Source: Candidatus Limihabitans stercoravium (GTDB lineage Bacteria; Bacillota; Clostridia; Christensenellales; CAG-314). Taken from it: a DNA stretch of 64,000 bases. Each line of letters starts with the position of its first letter. Positions within the stretch are counted from its first letter, which is position 1. Position numbers and translations under genes: made by a program. Where the stretch lies: positions 15,119-79,118 of the forward strand of contig DVLO01000007.1 in the NCBI GenBank assembly GCA_018715495.1, given 5' to 3'. Below, piece by piece: positions 9,633 to 19,247 of the stretch. The notes under the pieces are model-generated. The model did no database searches, was not told the DNA's origin, and saw only the letters and a list, made by a program, of their open reading frames with translations.

Positions 9633-10280
9633 TTATTCTTCTACAGTCACTTCTTCTTCAATGAAGATTTCACCGTTTACATATGGGCTGGGGTCTGTGT
9701 GTTTACCGTCTTTGTACACTTCAAGGTGAAGATGAGGTCCTTGCAAAAATTCGTAGGATGCCGTTGTGCCTACGGTACCAATCTTTTCACCTTTTTCAAG
9801 GACTTGTCCCTTGACAACATCTACACTGCCCAAAGATGAGTAGGTTGCAATTACTCCGTCACCGTGGTCAACTGTTACACTGTTTCCCATTCCGTAAGTT
9901 TCTTCCACATTTGTTACCGTTCCGTCAAACATGCTAACCACCGCTGTGTTTTCCGCAGCAATGAGGTCAAGCGCATTGTGAGTCTTCCAAGTGTTCAATG
10001 TAGAATTGAATACAAACATAACATCCTTACCGTCGGTGTATTCCATACCTAACGATGTGTACTGTACGGGACTGCCGTAGTACACCTTGACAATTTCTGT
10101 CTTTGGGGGTTGCTTGTCTTCGTCGGGATTTACCACCGCAGGATTGTCAGGTTCACCGGGATTCAATGCCGCTACAAGAACCACCGTTGCAATTGCCAGG
10201 ATACAAAAAATAATCAGTAACAACGCCACATTGTTTTTGATAAATCTTACAAATTGATTACTGTCTTTACTACTGTTCAT
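9633..10280 (-). CDS. Membrane-anchored M23/LytM peptidase, SpoIIQ-like
   Basis: ORF trimmed to MNSSKDSN with GGAGGTAAAC upstream. N-terminal TM anchor and intact M23 motifs HNALD (HxxxD) and HLHLE (HxH). Its position next to spoIIGA suggests a sporulation role. Confidence 0.75.
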   Translation of the reverse strand: MNSSKDSNQFVRFIKNNVALLLIIFCILAIATVVLVAALNPGEPDNPAVVNPDEDKQPPKTEIVKVYYGSPVQYTSLGMEYTDGKDVMFVFNSTLNTWKTHNALDLIAAENTAVVSMFDGTVTNVEETYGMGNSVTVDHGDGVIATYSSLGSVDVVKGQVLEKGEKIGTVGTTASYEFLQGPHLHLEVYKDGKHTDPSPYVNGEIFIEEEVTVEE

Positions 10281-10359
10281 GTTTACCTCCGTAAATTGTT
10301 GTTTACTGTTGCAATTGTTGACTGCAACAATTTGTTTTATACAGCAAATTAAAAAATTT

Positions 10360-10812
10360 CTAGTAACTGCCAAGTATCAGCGGACTGCCCACATGTACCA
10401 CACCGTCACAATAGGCAATCTGAATGTTGACCAGGTTTCCGTCGACGACGATTCCACCCTTTACAATAGGCGAATGGGCGTACACGGTCATGATACTGTC
10501 CAGTTGCTGAATGTCTATAATGTCCGCAGACAGTGAGGACAAAACATCCATTGCCTGTTGCCTTGTGCCTTCAAAAGTCATCGTTACTCCCTGCACATTC
10601 TTGCACTGAGTCACAATTTCACTGTATAGGCTTACTGTTGAATGTACTTCTTTTGCAATGCCTATGTTTACGCAATCGCCGTCGTATTCCAGGCAGTAGA
10701 TTGACACATCTGCCTGTTGTATGTAATCCAGACGGCTGACCAGTCCTACAGGGCAGGACATGGCAAGAAACACAATGACTGCAAATACCGATAAATATAA
10801 AATCCTTTTCAT
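10360..10812 (-). CDS. Secreted protein or lipoprotein, possibly YwmB/DUF1779-like
   Basis: ORF trimmed to MKRILYLSVFAVIVFLAMSC (signal peptide with a lipobox-like AMSC). The C-terminus NLVNIQIAYCDGVVHVGSPLILGSY resembles the YwmB-family ending. The family assignment is from memory only. Confidence 0.5.
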   Translation of the reverse strand: MKRILYLSVFAVIVFLAMSCPVGLVSRLDYIQQADVSIYCLEYDGDCVNIGIAKEVHSTVSLYSEIVTQCKNVQGVTMTFEGTRQQAMDVLSSLSADIIDIQQLDSIMTVYAHSPIVKGGIVVDGNLVNIQIAYCDGVVHVGSPLILGSY

Positions 10813-10906
10813 AAGTCTCTCCTTTGCAATCAATTGTTGCCCGTTTTTCCTTACTACTGACGGGGAACAATGTCGAAATGTGACTGACGTACACTTATTT
10901 TGACGC

Positions 10907-10935
10907 AAAAAAAACACCGCACTTGAAGTGCGGTG
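10907..10935 (-). terminator. Intrinsic terminator after prs
   Basis: Minus sense caccgcac-ttcaa-gtgcggtg followed by 8 T. Confidence 0.8.
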
Positions 10936-10958
10936 TAAGTTTATTTAAATTGTAAAGA

Positions 10959-11915
10959 TTATTCGTACAACTTGGATACGGGAAGGTCTGTGTACACTCT
11001 TTCGATTGCTTCGGCGAACAGATCGGCAACGGAGATGATTTCAATCTTGTCGATGCGCTTTTCAGGAGGTAATTCTATTGTGTCAAGTACTACAATCTTG
11101 TCAAGAGGACTTGCCTGTAATCTTTCAATAGCAGGTCCGCTCAGTACTGCGTGTGAGCAACATGCAACAACACGTTTAGCACCGTTGTCCACAAGCGCTT
11201 TAGCGCCCTGACAGATTGTACCTGCAGTGTCAATCATGTCGTCCATCATCAGGCAAACCTTGTCCTTGACGTCGCCGATGACGTTCATTACTTCCATGAC
11301 GTTTGCCTTGGGACGGCGCTTATCGATGATGGCAAGAGGTGCGTTGAACTTGGCTGCCATGGATCTGGAACGCGCAACACTGCCAACGTCGGGACTTACA
11401 ACGATGAAGTTGTCGTCATTGATACCCTGCTTCATGAAGTGTCTTGCAAGAACGGGCATACCTCTCAGGTTGTCAACGGGGATGTCGAAGAATCCCTGCA
11501 ACTGACTGCTGTGAAGATCCATTGTCAACACACGGTTGGCACCCGCTGTTTGCAGAATGTCGGCAACAAGTTTAGCGGAAATGGGGTCACGAGCCCTTGC
11601 CTTGCGGTCCTGACGAGCGTATCCGAAATAGGGAATAACCGCTGTGATACGACCGGCTGACGCACGCTTTAAAGCGTCGATGATTACAAGCAGTTCCATC
11701 AGGTTTTCATTGACGGGAGTGTTGGTGGATTGCACAATGAAAACATCGCAACCACGCACTGTTTCCTTGATGTTGACGGCAATTTCACCATCGGAAAATC
11801 TGCCGGCTTCCATCTTGCCCAGTTCGAGGTCAAGACGCTGACAAATTGCCAATGCAAGTTCTTTACTTGCATTACCTGCAAATACCTTAATTGTTCCGTG
11901 TGTCTGATTGAGCAT
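10959..11915 (-). CDS. prs: Ribose-phosphate pyrophosphokinase
   Basis: [19 protein letters not shown] and the PRPP-binding loop DDMIDTAGT. Start chosen at [12 protein letters not shown]. Confidence 0.93.
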   Translation of the reverse strand: MLNQTHGTIKVFAGNASKELALAICQRLDLELGKMEAGRFSDGEIAVNIKETVRGCDVFIVQSTNTPVNENLMELLVIIDALKRASAGRITAVIPYFGYARQDRKARARDPISAKLVADILQTAGANRVLTMDLHSSQLQGFFDIPVDNLRGMPVLARHFMKQGINDDNFIVVSPDVGSVARSRSMAAKFNAPLAIIDKRRPKANVMEVMNVIGDVKDKVCLMMDDMIDTAGTICQGAKALVDNGAKRVVACCSHAVLSGPAIERLQASPLDKIVVLDTIELPPEKRIDKIEIISVADLFAEAIERVYTDLPVSKLYE

Positions 11916-11949
11916 TGCCCTTACCCCACAAATTATTTTAGTCAATTCA

Positions 11950-11978
11950 ATTGTATAAGTTTAGTTGAAAAGTGTCAA
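11950..11978 (-). promoter_or_regulatory. Sigma-A-type promoter for prs
   Basis: Minus sense TTGACA, 17 nt, TACAAT. Confidence 0.6.
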
Positions 11979-12405
11979 GCACAAACGGGTGAAATGACGG
12001 GAAATAAGTATATTTTTCGACAAGGTTAAGTTAATAACAAATTTTGATAGTGACAAACATTTACGACGTACAAGTACCAATACGCCACTACCTTGTAAAT
12101 GATGCTCAAAACTCACTCACTGATGTACAGCACGCATTTCAATTGTTGTTCACTTGATTAAACTAATTACATTAACCTGATAAAATCAACTCATTGTATG
12201 CAATGGTTTTCCACGTAAAAATTTCCGAACAGAGCATTTATATAATGCTTACTCAAGTCGATTACCGACCGCAATACAATCGTCATGTGGGCGTGCATTC
12301 CATTAGATTGGCTTTAATGCCGCACACTGCAATCTTCTCATTTATCAAAATCATTCATTGAGAAATTTACAAATAACGTAGGATTTTAAAGAGGTTTCAG
12401 ATACA

Positions 12406-12436
12406 GAAAAACAACCTGCCGTATCTGGCAGGTTGT
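12406..12436 (-). terminator. Intrinsic terminator after the DUF1540 small gene
   Basis: Minus sense acaacctgcc-agatac-ggcaggttgt followed by TTTTTC. Confidence 0.75.
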
Positions 12437-12447
12437 CTGTTGCAACA

Positions 12448-12594
12448 CTACTTCTGTTCGTAGTTGTTGCAAAAGTGTGCTGACTTGTTGTCTTCTGTCG
12501 GTACGATTGTGATGCAGGAGAGATTGCATCCTCTTGTCTGACAGTCATGGAACTTGCAAGCCTTAACATCGCAATTGATCTTTTGATTGTTCAT
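12448..12594 (-). CDS. Small Cys-rich DUF1540-family protein (48 aa), absent from the supplied ORF track
   Basis: Hand translation: MNNQKINCDVKACKFHDCQTRGCNLSCITIVPTEDNKSAHFCNNYEQK. TAAGGAGGTG lies 5 nt upstream of the ATG and a terminator follows immediately. The C-x-V-x2-C-x-(F/Y)-H...C...I-x-V pattern matches DUF1540 as I recall it. Confidence 0.7.
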   Translation of the reverse strand: MNNQKINCDVKACKFHDCQTRGCNLSCITIVPTEDNKSAHFCNNYEQK

Positions 12595-12651
12595 TGTAAC
12601 ACCTCCTTACAGTCTAATTGTACCCAAAAATCACATTACAATACCGATTGT

Positions 12652-12680
12652 TTGACAAAAAAAGCAAGTCGTTGTAAAAT
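12652..12680 (+). promoter_or_regulatory. Sigma-A-type promoter for rplI
   Basis: TTGACA, 17 nt, TAAAAT, 27 nt upstream of the rplI ATG. Confidence 0.6.
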
Positions 12681-12706
12681 GTATACAACTAAAAGGAGAT
12701 ACCAAT

Positions 12707-13144
12707 ATGAAAGTTTTACTTCTTCAGGATGTCAAGGGACAGGGCAAAAAGGGCGACATCATCAACGTTTCCGACGGATACGCCAACAACTTTTTGTTGA
12801 AAAAAGGTCTTGGAACAATTGCAACCGCCGACACAATAAACAGTGTGAATATTCACAACAAAGCCGTTGAAAAGCAAAAGCAGGCGGAGAAAGCACAGGC
12901 ATTGCAACTTGCCGCCGATCTCAAAGGCAAGACTGTAAACCTTGTCAGCACCAAGGGAGCTAACGGTAAGATGTTCGGAAGTATCACTTCCAAGGAAATT
13001 GCCGACGGTTTGAACAAACTTGGCTACACCGTTGACAAGAAACAGATTGTGTTGAAGGACCCAATCAAGATGCCGGGCAAATACACCGTAACAGTCAAGG
13101 TTTACACGGAAATTTCCACAACAATCAACGTTGAAGTTGAGTAA
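12707..13144 (+). CDS. rplI: 50S ribosomal protein L9
   Basis: [36 protein letters not shown] is the canonical L9 N-terminus. RBS AAAAGGAG. Confidence 0.95.
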   Translation: MKVLLLQDVKGQGKKGDIINVSDGYANNFLLKKGLGTIATADTINSVNIHNKAVEKQKQAEKAQALQLAADLKGKTVNLVSTKGANGKMFGSITSKEIADGLNKLGYTVDKKQIVLKDPIKMPGKYTVTVKVYTEISTTINVEVE

Positions 13145-13170
13145 CCTGTCACCATTTACAAGACAATCAA

Positions 13171-13197
13171 GCACCGAATGTGTTCGGTGCTTTTTTT
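13171..13197 (+). terminator. Intrinsic terminator after rplI
   Basis: gcaccgaa-tgtg-ttcggtgc followed by 7 T. Confidence 0.8.
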
Positions 13198-13296
13198 CGC
13201 ACTTTACCACCGACAAAGTAAACTAAATGAGTTTAAATCACGAACTACCAACTGTTTGAGGTTTCAACACACTCAATTTAACACTCATGCAATAAA

Positions 13297-13327
13297 ATAA
13301 AAAAGCGAAACTCTGTTTGAGTTTCGC
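13297..13327 (-). terminator. Intrinsic terminator after rplL (hairpin is bidirectional)
   Basis: gcgaaactc-nnnnn-gagtttcgc flanked by A-runs and T-runs on both sides. Confidence 0.75.
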
Positions 13328-13355
13328 TTTTTGATTAAATTTGAAGTCAGTCAGA

Positions 13356-13724
13356 TTACTTAAGTTCAGCTTCAGCGCCAGCGTCCTTGAGCTTCTTAAC
13401 CATTTCTTCAGCAGCATCCTTAGGAAGACCTTCCTTAACTGCCTTAGGAGCACCTTCAACAAGGTTCTTAGCGTCAACAAGACCAAGACCTGTCAATTCA
13501 CGTACAACCTTGATAACGCCGATCTTGTTAGCGCCGGCAGCCTTCAAGATTACGTCGAATTCTGTCTTTTCTTCTTCAACAGGAGCAGCAGCAACTGCAC
13601 CGCCGGCAACTGCGATAGGAGCAGCAGCACTTACGCCAAATTCTTCTTCGATAGCCTTAACAAGTTCGTTAAGTTCCAATACGGAAAGAGCTTTAATTTC
13701 TTCAATAAACTTCTTTGTATCCAT
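13356..13724 (-). CDS. rplL: 50S ribosomal protein L7/L12
   Basis: 122 aa. Ala-rich hinge and C-terminal domain [23 protein letters not shown]. Confidence 0.96.
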   Translation of the reverse strand: MDTKKFIEEIKALSVLELNELVKAIEEEFGVSAAAPIAVAGGAVAAAPVEEEKTEFDVILKAAGANKIGVIKVVRELTGLGLVDAKNLVEGAPKAVKEGLPKDAAEEMVKKLKDAGAEAELK

Positions 13725-13807
13725 GGTATTTCTCCTTAAATTTTATTTTGATGTGCGAAATGGATGTTCGCAAGATTGTCGTGCAACTACTGCACGTTTG
13801 GCGTAAA

Positions 13808-14314
13808 TTATTCGCCTTGTTTTTCGGCAATTGCGTTAAGAGCAACTGCAAGTCCTCTCATAGGAGCGGACAATACTGATACCAACATACCAAGCAAAGC
13901 TTCTCTGCCGGGTACCTTGGACATAGCATCAACAACTGCTGCGTCGGCAAACTTCTTGTCGAACATACCGCACTTGATCTTCATTGTGTTGTACTTCTTT
14001 ACGCCTTCTGCTGTGATTTTAGCAGGAGCAACTGCGTCTTCTGTACCGAAAGCAAATGCGCTAGGTCCGTTCAAAGCTTCATCGAATTCGGTGTAACCCA
14101 ATTCGTTCAAAGCCTTCTTTACCAAGGTGTTCTTGTAAACCTTGTATTCAACGTTGTTGTTGCGGAATTCCTTACGGAACTCTGTATCCTGTGCAACGGT
14201 CAAGCCCTTGTAGTCAACAATAACGAAAGATTGGCAGTTTTCAATCTTTTCTTTGATTTCTGCAACGATTTCGTGTTTAGCCAACTGAGCAGGGCTGAGT
14301 TTAACTTCTGACAT
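13808..14314 (-). CDS. rplJ: 50S ribosomal protein L10
   Basis: 168 aa. Conserved L10 core and position upstream of rplL. Confidence 0.93.
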   Translation of the reverse strand: MSEVKLSPAQLAKHEIVAEIKEKIENCQSFVIVDYKGLTVAQDTEFRKEFRNNNVEYKVYKNTLVKKALNELGYTEFDEALNGPSAFAFGTEDAVAPAKITAEGVKKYNTMKIKCGMFDKKFADAAVVDAMSKVPGREALLGMLVSVLSAPMRGLAVALNAIAEKQGE

Positions 14315-14472
14315 TGATCTGACTTCCTCCTTTTAATATTTTTATTAAAAAACCCTTGTACCAAGTCAGTACAAGGGTCAGTCAGCATAGCTGTTTCACT
14401 CTTGTACCTCGGCAAGATTTACCTTTACACTTGCTGTCTTAAGTACCGGAATGGGTTATTTAATCTGTTTAA
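14315..14472 (-). promoter_or_regulatory. rplJ (L10) leader with attenuator hairpin
   Basis: The minus-sense leader contains cccttgtac-tgacttg-gtacaaggg followed by TTTTTT (plus 14347..14377), just upstream of the rplJ RBS. This is consistent with L10(L12)4-controlled attenuation known in Bacillus. Confidence 0.55.
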
Positions 14473-15156
14473 TCAAGCCTTGTAGCTTACCTTAACGCCG
14501 GGGCCCATTGTTGTTGCAATAGCAATACTCTTGAGGTAAACACCCTTAGCGCTTGCAGGCTTAGCCTTGATGAGAGCGTCCATGATTGTTGTAACGTTTT
14601 CAAGCAACTTTTCCTTACCGAAGGACTTCTTGCCGAAAATTACGTGACATGTGGATTGCTTGTCAACTCTGTATTCAACCTTACCGGCTTTAACATCGTG
14701 AATTGCCTTAGCAACGTCCATTGTAACTGTACCGCTCTTGGGGTTGGGCATCAATCCCTTAGGACCAAGTACCTTACCCATACGACCTACAAGTCCCATC
14801 ATGTCGGGAGTTGTGATCATTACGTCAAATCCGAACCAACCTTCGTTCTGGATCTTGGAAATGTATTCTTCAGCACCAACAAAATCAGCACCGGCTGCTT
14901 GAGCTTCGTCAGCCTTAGCACCCTTAGCGATAACCAAAACCTTTACAGACTTACCTGTACCGTTGGGAAGTACGCAAACGCCTCTAACTTGTTGGTCAGC
15001 GTGACGGCTGTCAACGCCCAATTTTACGTGAAGTTCAAGTGTTTCGTCGAATTTAGCTGTTGCAGTGTCCAATGCAATTTGAATAGCGTCAGCCATTTCG
15101 TATTGCTTGGATTGGTCAAACTTCTTCAACGCATCAACATATTTCTTACCTTTCAT
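14473..15156 (-). CDS. rplA: 50S ribosomal protein L1
   Basis: 227 aa with canonical L1 sequence. Confidence 0.96.
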   Translation of the reverse strand: MKGKKYVDALKKFDQSKQYEMADAIQIALDTATAKFDETLELHVKLGVDSRHADQQVRGVCVLPNGTGKSVKVLVIAKGAKADEAQAAGADFVGAEEYISKIQNEGWFGFDVMITTPDMMGLVGRMGKVLGPKGLMPNPKSGTVTMDVAKAIHDVKAGKVEYRVDKQSTCHVIFGKKSFGKEKLLENVTTIMDALIKAKPASAKGVYLKSIAIATTMGPGVKVSYKA

Positions 15157-15166
15157 ACTAACCTCC

Positions 15167-15592
15167 TTATTCCTCTACAGTGATACCCATACTGCGAGCA
15201 GTACCGGCGATCATGGAGCAAGCAGATTCCAAAGAAGCAGCATTCAAGTCAACCATCTTGGTCTTAGCGATTTCTTCGATTTGCGCCTTTGTGATCTTGG
15301 CAACTTTTGTCTTGTTGGGAACAGCACTACCGCTTTCAATACCACAAGCCTTCTTGATGAGAACGGGAGCCGGTGGTGTCTTCAGGATGAATGTGAAAGA
15401 GTGGTCCTGATAAATTGTTACGATTACGGGGATGATAAGACCCGCTTTGTCCTGAGTCTTGGCATTAAATTCCTTTGTGAAACCGGGAATGTTGATACCG
15501 TGGGGACCCAATGCAGAACCTACTGGGGGCGCAGGAGTCGCCTTACCAGCGGGCAGTTGCAGTTTAACTACTGCTGTTACTTTCTTAGCCAT
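15167..15592 (-). CDS. rplK: 50S ribosomal protein L11
   Basis: [25 protein letters not shown] is the canonical L11 N-terminus. Confidence 0.96.
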   Translation of the reverse strand: MAKKVTAVVKLQLPAGKATPAPPVGSALGPHGINIPGFTKEFNAKTQDKAGLIIPVIVTIYQDHSFTFILKTPPAPVLIKKACGIESGSAVPNKTKVAKITKAQIEEIAKTKMVDLNAASLESACSMIAGTARSMGITVEE

Positions 15593-15712
15593 TAGTAATT
15601 CCTCCTATTGGTTGTAGCGAAAAGGACGGTGAGAGTATTTGTCCCTTTCTCCCAAAATTGTTGACGGTCAGTTTACGTCCAAGGCCGTCACGACGCAAGG
15701 CACAGCGGAAGA

Positions 15713-16261
15713 TTACTCTTCTGTTGTAACCGTTGTAGCATTGTTGAGTTTTTCAAACTGCACAAAATCCATGTCAACAGCTGTTTCCCTGCCGAACATG
15801 TTGAGCATCACTTGAGCCTTCTGATGAGGCTTGTCAATTGACTTGATGACACCCACCAAACCTTCAAACGGACCTGAAACCACACGGATACTGTCGCCCA
15901 CTTCCATGTCGAAGTTGACAACAACGTCTTCAAGGTGCAATCTCTTTACTTCCGATTCGTCCAAAGGCCATGCCTTTCCGTTAGGACCTACAAAACCTGT
16001 GATACCACGGGTGTTTGTCAGCATGAACCAGATTTGTGAAGAGTACACCAACTTTACGAAGACGTAGGCGGGCATAATCTTGGCTTCGTAAGCCTTCTTT
16101 TTGCCGTTGCGTTCCTCAATTACCGTTTCGGTAGGAATCTTGATGTCAAGGATTACGTCTTGAAGATTGTTGTTTTCAATCATCTGTTCAAGACTTGTCT
16201 TGACCATGTTCTCGTAACCGTTGTAGGTGTGCAGAATATACCACTTCGCTTCCTGACTCAT
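15713..16261 (-). CDS. nusG: Transcription termination/antitermination factor NusG
   Basis: ORF trimmed to MSQEAKWYILHTYNGYENMV. NGN and KOW domains (GDSIRVVSGPFEG). Confidence 0.93.
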   Translation of the reverse strand: MSQEAKWYILHTYNGYENMVKTSLEQMIENNNLQDVILDIKIPTETVIEERNGKKKAYEAKIMPAYVFVKLVYSSQIWFMLTNTRGITGFVGPNGKAWPLDESEVKRLHLEDVVVNFDMEVGDSIRVVSGPFEGLVGVIKSIDKPHQKAQVMLNMFGRETAVDMDFVQFEKLNNATTVTTEE

Positions 16262-16266
16262 ATCAC

Positions 16267-16491
16267 TTAACCCTGAGGCGCTACCAATCTGAGCAGAAGT
16301 GCAAACAGTTGATCCGATGCAAGAACGATGGCAAGGAAGAACAGCACAACCAGCAATACTACGCCTGTGTTTTTGCAAACTGTCTTAAAGTTGGGCCAGG
16401 AAACCTTCTTGAGTTCGCTCCAACTTTTCTTGAAAAATCTTCCGAGCCTTACAAAAATGTTAGGTCTCTTTGTTTTCTGAGTGGATGCCAT
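16267..16491 (-). CDS. secE: Preprotein translocase subunit SecE
   Basis: 74 aa. KKSWSELKKVSWP followed by a single TM helix, located between rpmG and nusG. Confidence 0.9.
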   Translation of the reverse strand: MASTQKTKRPNIFVRLGRFFKKSWSELKKVSWPNFKTVCKNTGVVLLVVLFFLAIVLASDQLFALLLRLVAPQG

Positions 16492-16503
16492 TGCAATTAC
16501 TCC

Positions 16504-16671
16504 TTATTTAGATTCTTTGTGTACAGTGTGCTTCTTGCAGAATCTGCAGTACTTGTTCATTTCAAGTCTTTCAGTAGTATTCTTACTGTTTTTGAAGTTG
16601 TCGTAGTTGCGTTGTTTGCATTCTGTGCAAGCCAGAACAACCTTTACTCTGTTTCCTTTCTTTGCTGCCAT
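16504..16671 (-). CDS. rpmG: 50S ribosomal protein L33 (55 aa), absent from the supplied ORF track
   Basis: Hand translation: [55 protein letters not shown]. CxxC...CxxC zinc ribbon and AGGAGA RBS. Confidence 0.92.
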   Translation of the reverse strand: MAAKKGNRVKVVLACTECKQRNYDNFKNSKNTTERLEMNKYCRFCKKHTVHKESK

Positions 16672-16753
16672 AATTGTACCATCTCCTGTATTTTAATGCA
16701 ATTGGGATATTTTTTCATGCAAAAAATTACACCCCATAATTAGGTGCTTATAT

Positions 16754-16782
16754 ATATTAGCACAACACATCAACAATGTCAA
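16754..16782 (-). promoter_or_regulatory. Sigma-A-type promoter for rpmG-secE-nusG
   Basis: Minus sense TTGACA, 17 nt, TAATAT. Confidence 0.6.
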
Positions 16783-16835
16783 CGAAATTTTGTGCAAAAT
16801 ACATTGTGATTTAAACAAAACTCACCGTTTGTATA

Positions 16836-16863
16836 TTGACAAAACACATTTGTGTGATACAAT
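16836..16863 (+). promoter_or_regulatory. Sigma-A-type extended -10 promoter for ydcF-cdd
   Basis: TTGACA, 16 nt, TGaTACAAT. The -10 ends only 11 nt before the ATG at 16875. Confidence 0.55.
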
Positions 16864-16874
16864 TGTATTGGAAT

Positions 16875-17300
16875 ATGAAAACACTTGTAATACTTGGCAA
16901 CAGAATGAATGATGATGCATCCCCTTCGCAACTGATGTTGAAAAGGATGGCAATTGCGCTTGATGCAATAGACCGTTACAACCCCGACAACATTGTGGTG
17001 TGCGGCGGAATTGCCAACCCCACCGCCAACATTGCCGAAGCACATTGGATGAAACAATATCTTACCGAAAACGGCGTGACACTTCCCATAATCTGCGAAG
17101 ACAAATCACTGACCACCAAACAGAACGCACAGTTTTGCAGTGAAATATTGAGCAACTGGGATGTGGACACAATCTATCTGTGCACTTCACCCGAACACAT
17201 GAACAGACTGTACCTCAATCCCAAACGACTGTTCAGACATTACACACGAAAACAACACATCAGAATTGTTGCCGTAAGCAAGGTAAAGGAGAACAGATGA
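16875..17300 (+). CDS. YdcF/DUF218 family protein (ElyC/SanA-like)
   Basis: ORF trimmed to MKTLVILGN. VVCGGIANP...EAHWMKQYLTENGV fits the DUF218 fold signature. Confidence 0.7.
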   Translation: MKTLVILGNRMNDDASPSQLMLKRMAIALDAIDRYNPDNIVVCGGIANPTANIAEAHWMKQYLTENGVTLPIICEDKSLTTKQNAQFCSEILSNWDVDTIYLCTSPEHMNRLYLNPKRLFRHYTRKQHIRIVAVSKVKENR

Positions 17301-17716
17301 ACTACGAACAACTTGTAAGAGAAGCTTACGAAGCACAAAAAATGGCGTACGCCCCCTACTCACATTGGGCAGTCGGCGCTGCACTGCTGACAAAAGAAGG
17401 AAAACTCTACCGTGGATGCAACATTGAAAGCTCCACATTTTCCCCTACTAACTGTGCCGAACGTACAGCATTTTTCAAGGCTGTCAGCGAAGGAGAACGC
17501 AACTTCAAGGCAATTGCCATTGTGGGAAATGACGTAAACACCCCAATTGGAGAAGGTGACTACTGTCCACCATGCGGAGTATGTCGTCAGGTAATGGCGG
17601 AGTTTTGCGACCCCGAAACTTTCGAAGTGATAATAGCCCGCAGTTACACCGATTACAAGGTATACACCCTTGCGCAATTGTTGCCACTGGTGTCACTGCC
17701 ACTTTCCAGCAAATGA
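17297..17716 (+). CDS. cdd: Cytidine deaminase
   Basis: ATGA overlap with ydcF. AYAPYSHWAVGAALL, the zinc motifs CAERTA and PCGVCRQ. Confidence 0.92.
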   Translation: MNYEQLVREAYEAQKMAYAPYSHWAVGAALLTKEGKLYRGCNIESSTFSPTNCAERTAFFKAVSEGERNFKAIAIVGNDVNTPIGEGDYCPPCGVCRQVMAEFCDPETFEVIIARSYTDYKVYTLAQLLPLVSLPLSSK

Positions 17717-17985
17717 AATGTACTTTTTTCTTATTCTAACCTCCATTCAGAAACAGGTAGCCCTCTTGTTGCGGCTGCCTGTTTCCATATATAATGAAAG
17801 CAATTTCAACCACAGTGACCGTAAACACCAAGCAATCCGCTTCAATTCAACCAAATACATTTCAATAGATGCCTGTGTAGTAAACATCTTTTTAAATTTT
17901 TACCATATCCATATATATAAATCAGATCAGCCGTTGTTGTTCTTTCAATGCACGGTAATTTAACCGCCAAAGACATATCGCACAA

Positions 17986-18015
17986 ACAAAAAAGTCCGTT
18001 GAAATCAACGGACTT
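17986..18015 (-). terminator. Intrinsic terminator after tuf (bidirectional hairpin)
   Basis: aagtccgttga-nn-tcaacggactt flanked by an A-run and a T-run. Confidence 0.8.
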
Positions 18016-18035
18016 TTTGCAATCAATCAATTAAA

Positions 18036-19247
18036 TTATTCGATGATCTTGGAGATAACGCCGGAACCTACTGTACGGCCGCCTTCACGGATAGCGAAAC
18101 GCAAACCTTCTTCCATAGCGATAGGTGTGATCAACTTAACTGTGATGTGTGTGTGGTCACCGGGCATAACCATTTCTGTACCCTTGTCAAGTTCGATAGA
18201 ACCTGTAACGTCTGTTGTTCTGAAGTAGAACTGAGGACGGTAACCATTGAAGAACGGGCTGTGACGTCCGCCTTCTTCCTTAGTCAATACGTACACTTGA
18301 CCTTCGAAGTACTTGTGAGGTGTGATTGACTTCGGCTTAGCGATAACTTGTCCACGTTCAACTTGTTGTCTTGTGATACCACGAAGCAACAAACCTACGT
18401 TGTCACCAGCGAATGCTTCGTCAAGAAGCTTACGGAACATTTCTACGCCTGTAACTGTTGTGTTGGTGATTTCGTCCTTAAGACCAACGATTTCAACAGC
18501 GTCAAGAGGTTTAACAGAACCACGTTCTACTCTACCTGTAGCAACTGTACCACGACCTGTGATTGTGAATACGTCTTCTACGGGCATCAAGAAAGGCTTG
18601 TCTGTAGCTCTTTCAGGAGTGGGGATGTAGCTGTCAACAGCATCCATCAAGTCAAGGATGGGCTTGTAAACGGGATCAGCAAGGTTTGTGTTACCGCTGA
18701 TGCAAGCGTCCATAGCAGCCTTAGCACTACCCTTAATAACGGGGATTTCGTCGCCGGGGAAGTCGTACTTGGAAAGAAGTTCTCTAACTTCCATTTCAAC
18801 AAGTTCAAGCAATTCTTCGTCGTCAACAAGGTCTGTCTTGTTCATGAATACAACGATGTAAGGAACGCCTACCTGACGAGCAAGCAAGATGTGTTCACGT
18901 GTTTGAGGCATAGGACCGTCAGCAGCGGATACTACAAGGATAGCACCGTCCATCTGAGCAGCACCTGTAATCATGTTCTTAACGTAGTCTGCGTGTCCTG
19001 GGCAGTCAACGTGAGCGTAGTGACGCTTATCTGTCTGGTATTCAACGTGTGCTGTGTTGATTGTGATACCACGTGCTCTTTCTTCGGGAGCCTTGTCGAT
19101 TTCGTCATATTTCATGATTTCAGCTTTACCTTGCATAGCCATAACCATTGTGATAGCAGCTGTCAAGGTTGTCTTACCATGGTCAACGTGGCCGATTGTA
19201 CCAATGTTAACGTGTGGTTTGCTTCTGTCAAATTTAGCTTTTGCCAT
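18036..19247 (-). CDS. tuf: Elongation factor Tu
   Basis: [32 protein letters not shown] lies 10 nt upstream of this ATG. Confidence 0.98.
   Translation of the reverse strand: MAKAKFDRSKPHVNIGTIGHVDHGKTTLTAAITMVMAMQGKAEIMKYDEIDKAPEERARGITINTAHVEYQTDKRHYAHVDCPGHADYVKNMITGAAQMDGAILVVSAADGPMPQTREHILLARQVGVPYIVVFMNKTDLVDDEELLELVEMEVRELLSKYDFPGDEIPVIKGSAKAAMDACISGNTNLADPVYKPILDLMDAVDSYIPTPERATDKPFLMPVEDVFTITGRGTVATGRVERGSVKPLDAVEIVGLKDEITNTTVTGVEMFRKLLDEAFAGDNVGLLLRGITRQQVERGQVIAKPKSITPHKYFEGQVYVLTKEEGGRHSPFFNGYRPQFYFRTTDVTGSIELDKGTEMVMPGDHTHITVKLITPIAMEEGLRFAIREGGRTVGSGVISKIIE

Noticed and set aside
12351-12870. Track ORFs 12351..12569 (minus strand) and 12547..12870 (plus strand).
   Set aside because: Both overlap the well-supported DUF1540 small gene, its terminator, or the rplI promoter and coding region in other frames. 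Neither has an RBS.
15593-15712. Possible L1-binding leader upstream of rplK (gggagaaagggac segment).
   Set aside because: The resemblance to the 23S rRNA L1 site is too vague to call by eye. A covariance-model search would be needed.
17640-17963. Possible frameshift at the cdd 3' end. The C-terminus LLPLVSLPLSSK differs from the usual LLP..F....L ending, and ORF 17670..17963 continues in another frame.
   Set aside because: The alternative frame gives CHWCHCHFPANEMYFF..., which is no closer to cytidine deaminase C-termini. All catalytic motifs lie upstream and are intact, so a frameshift is not supported.
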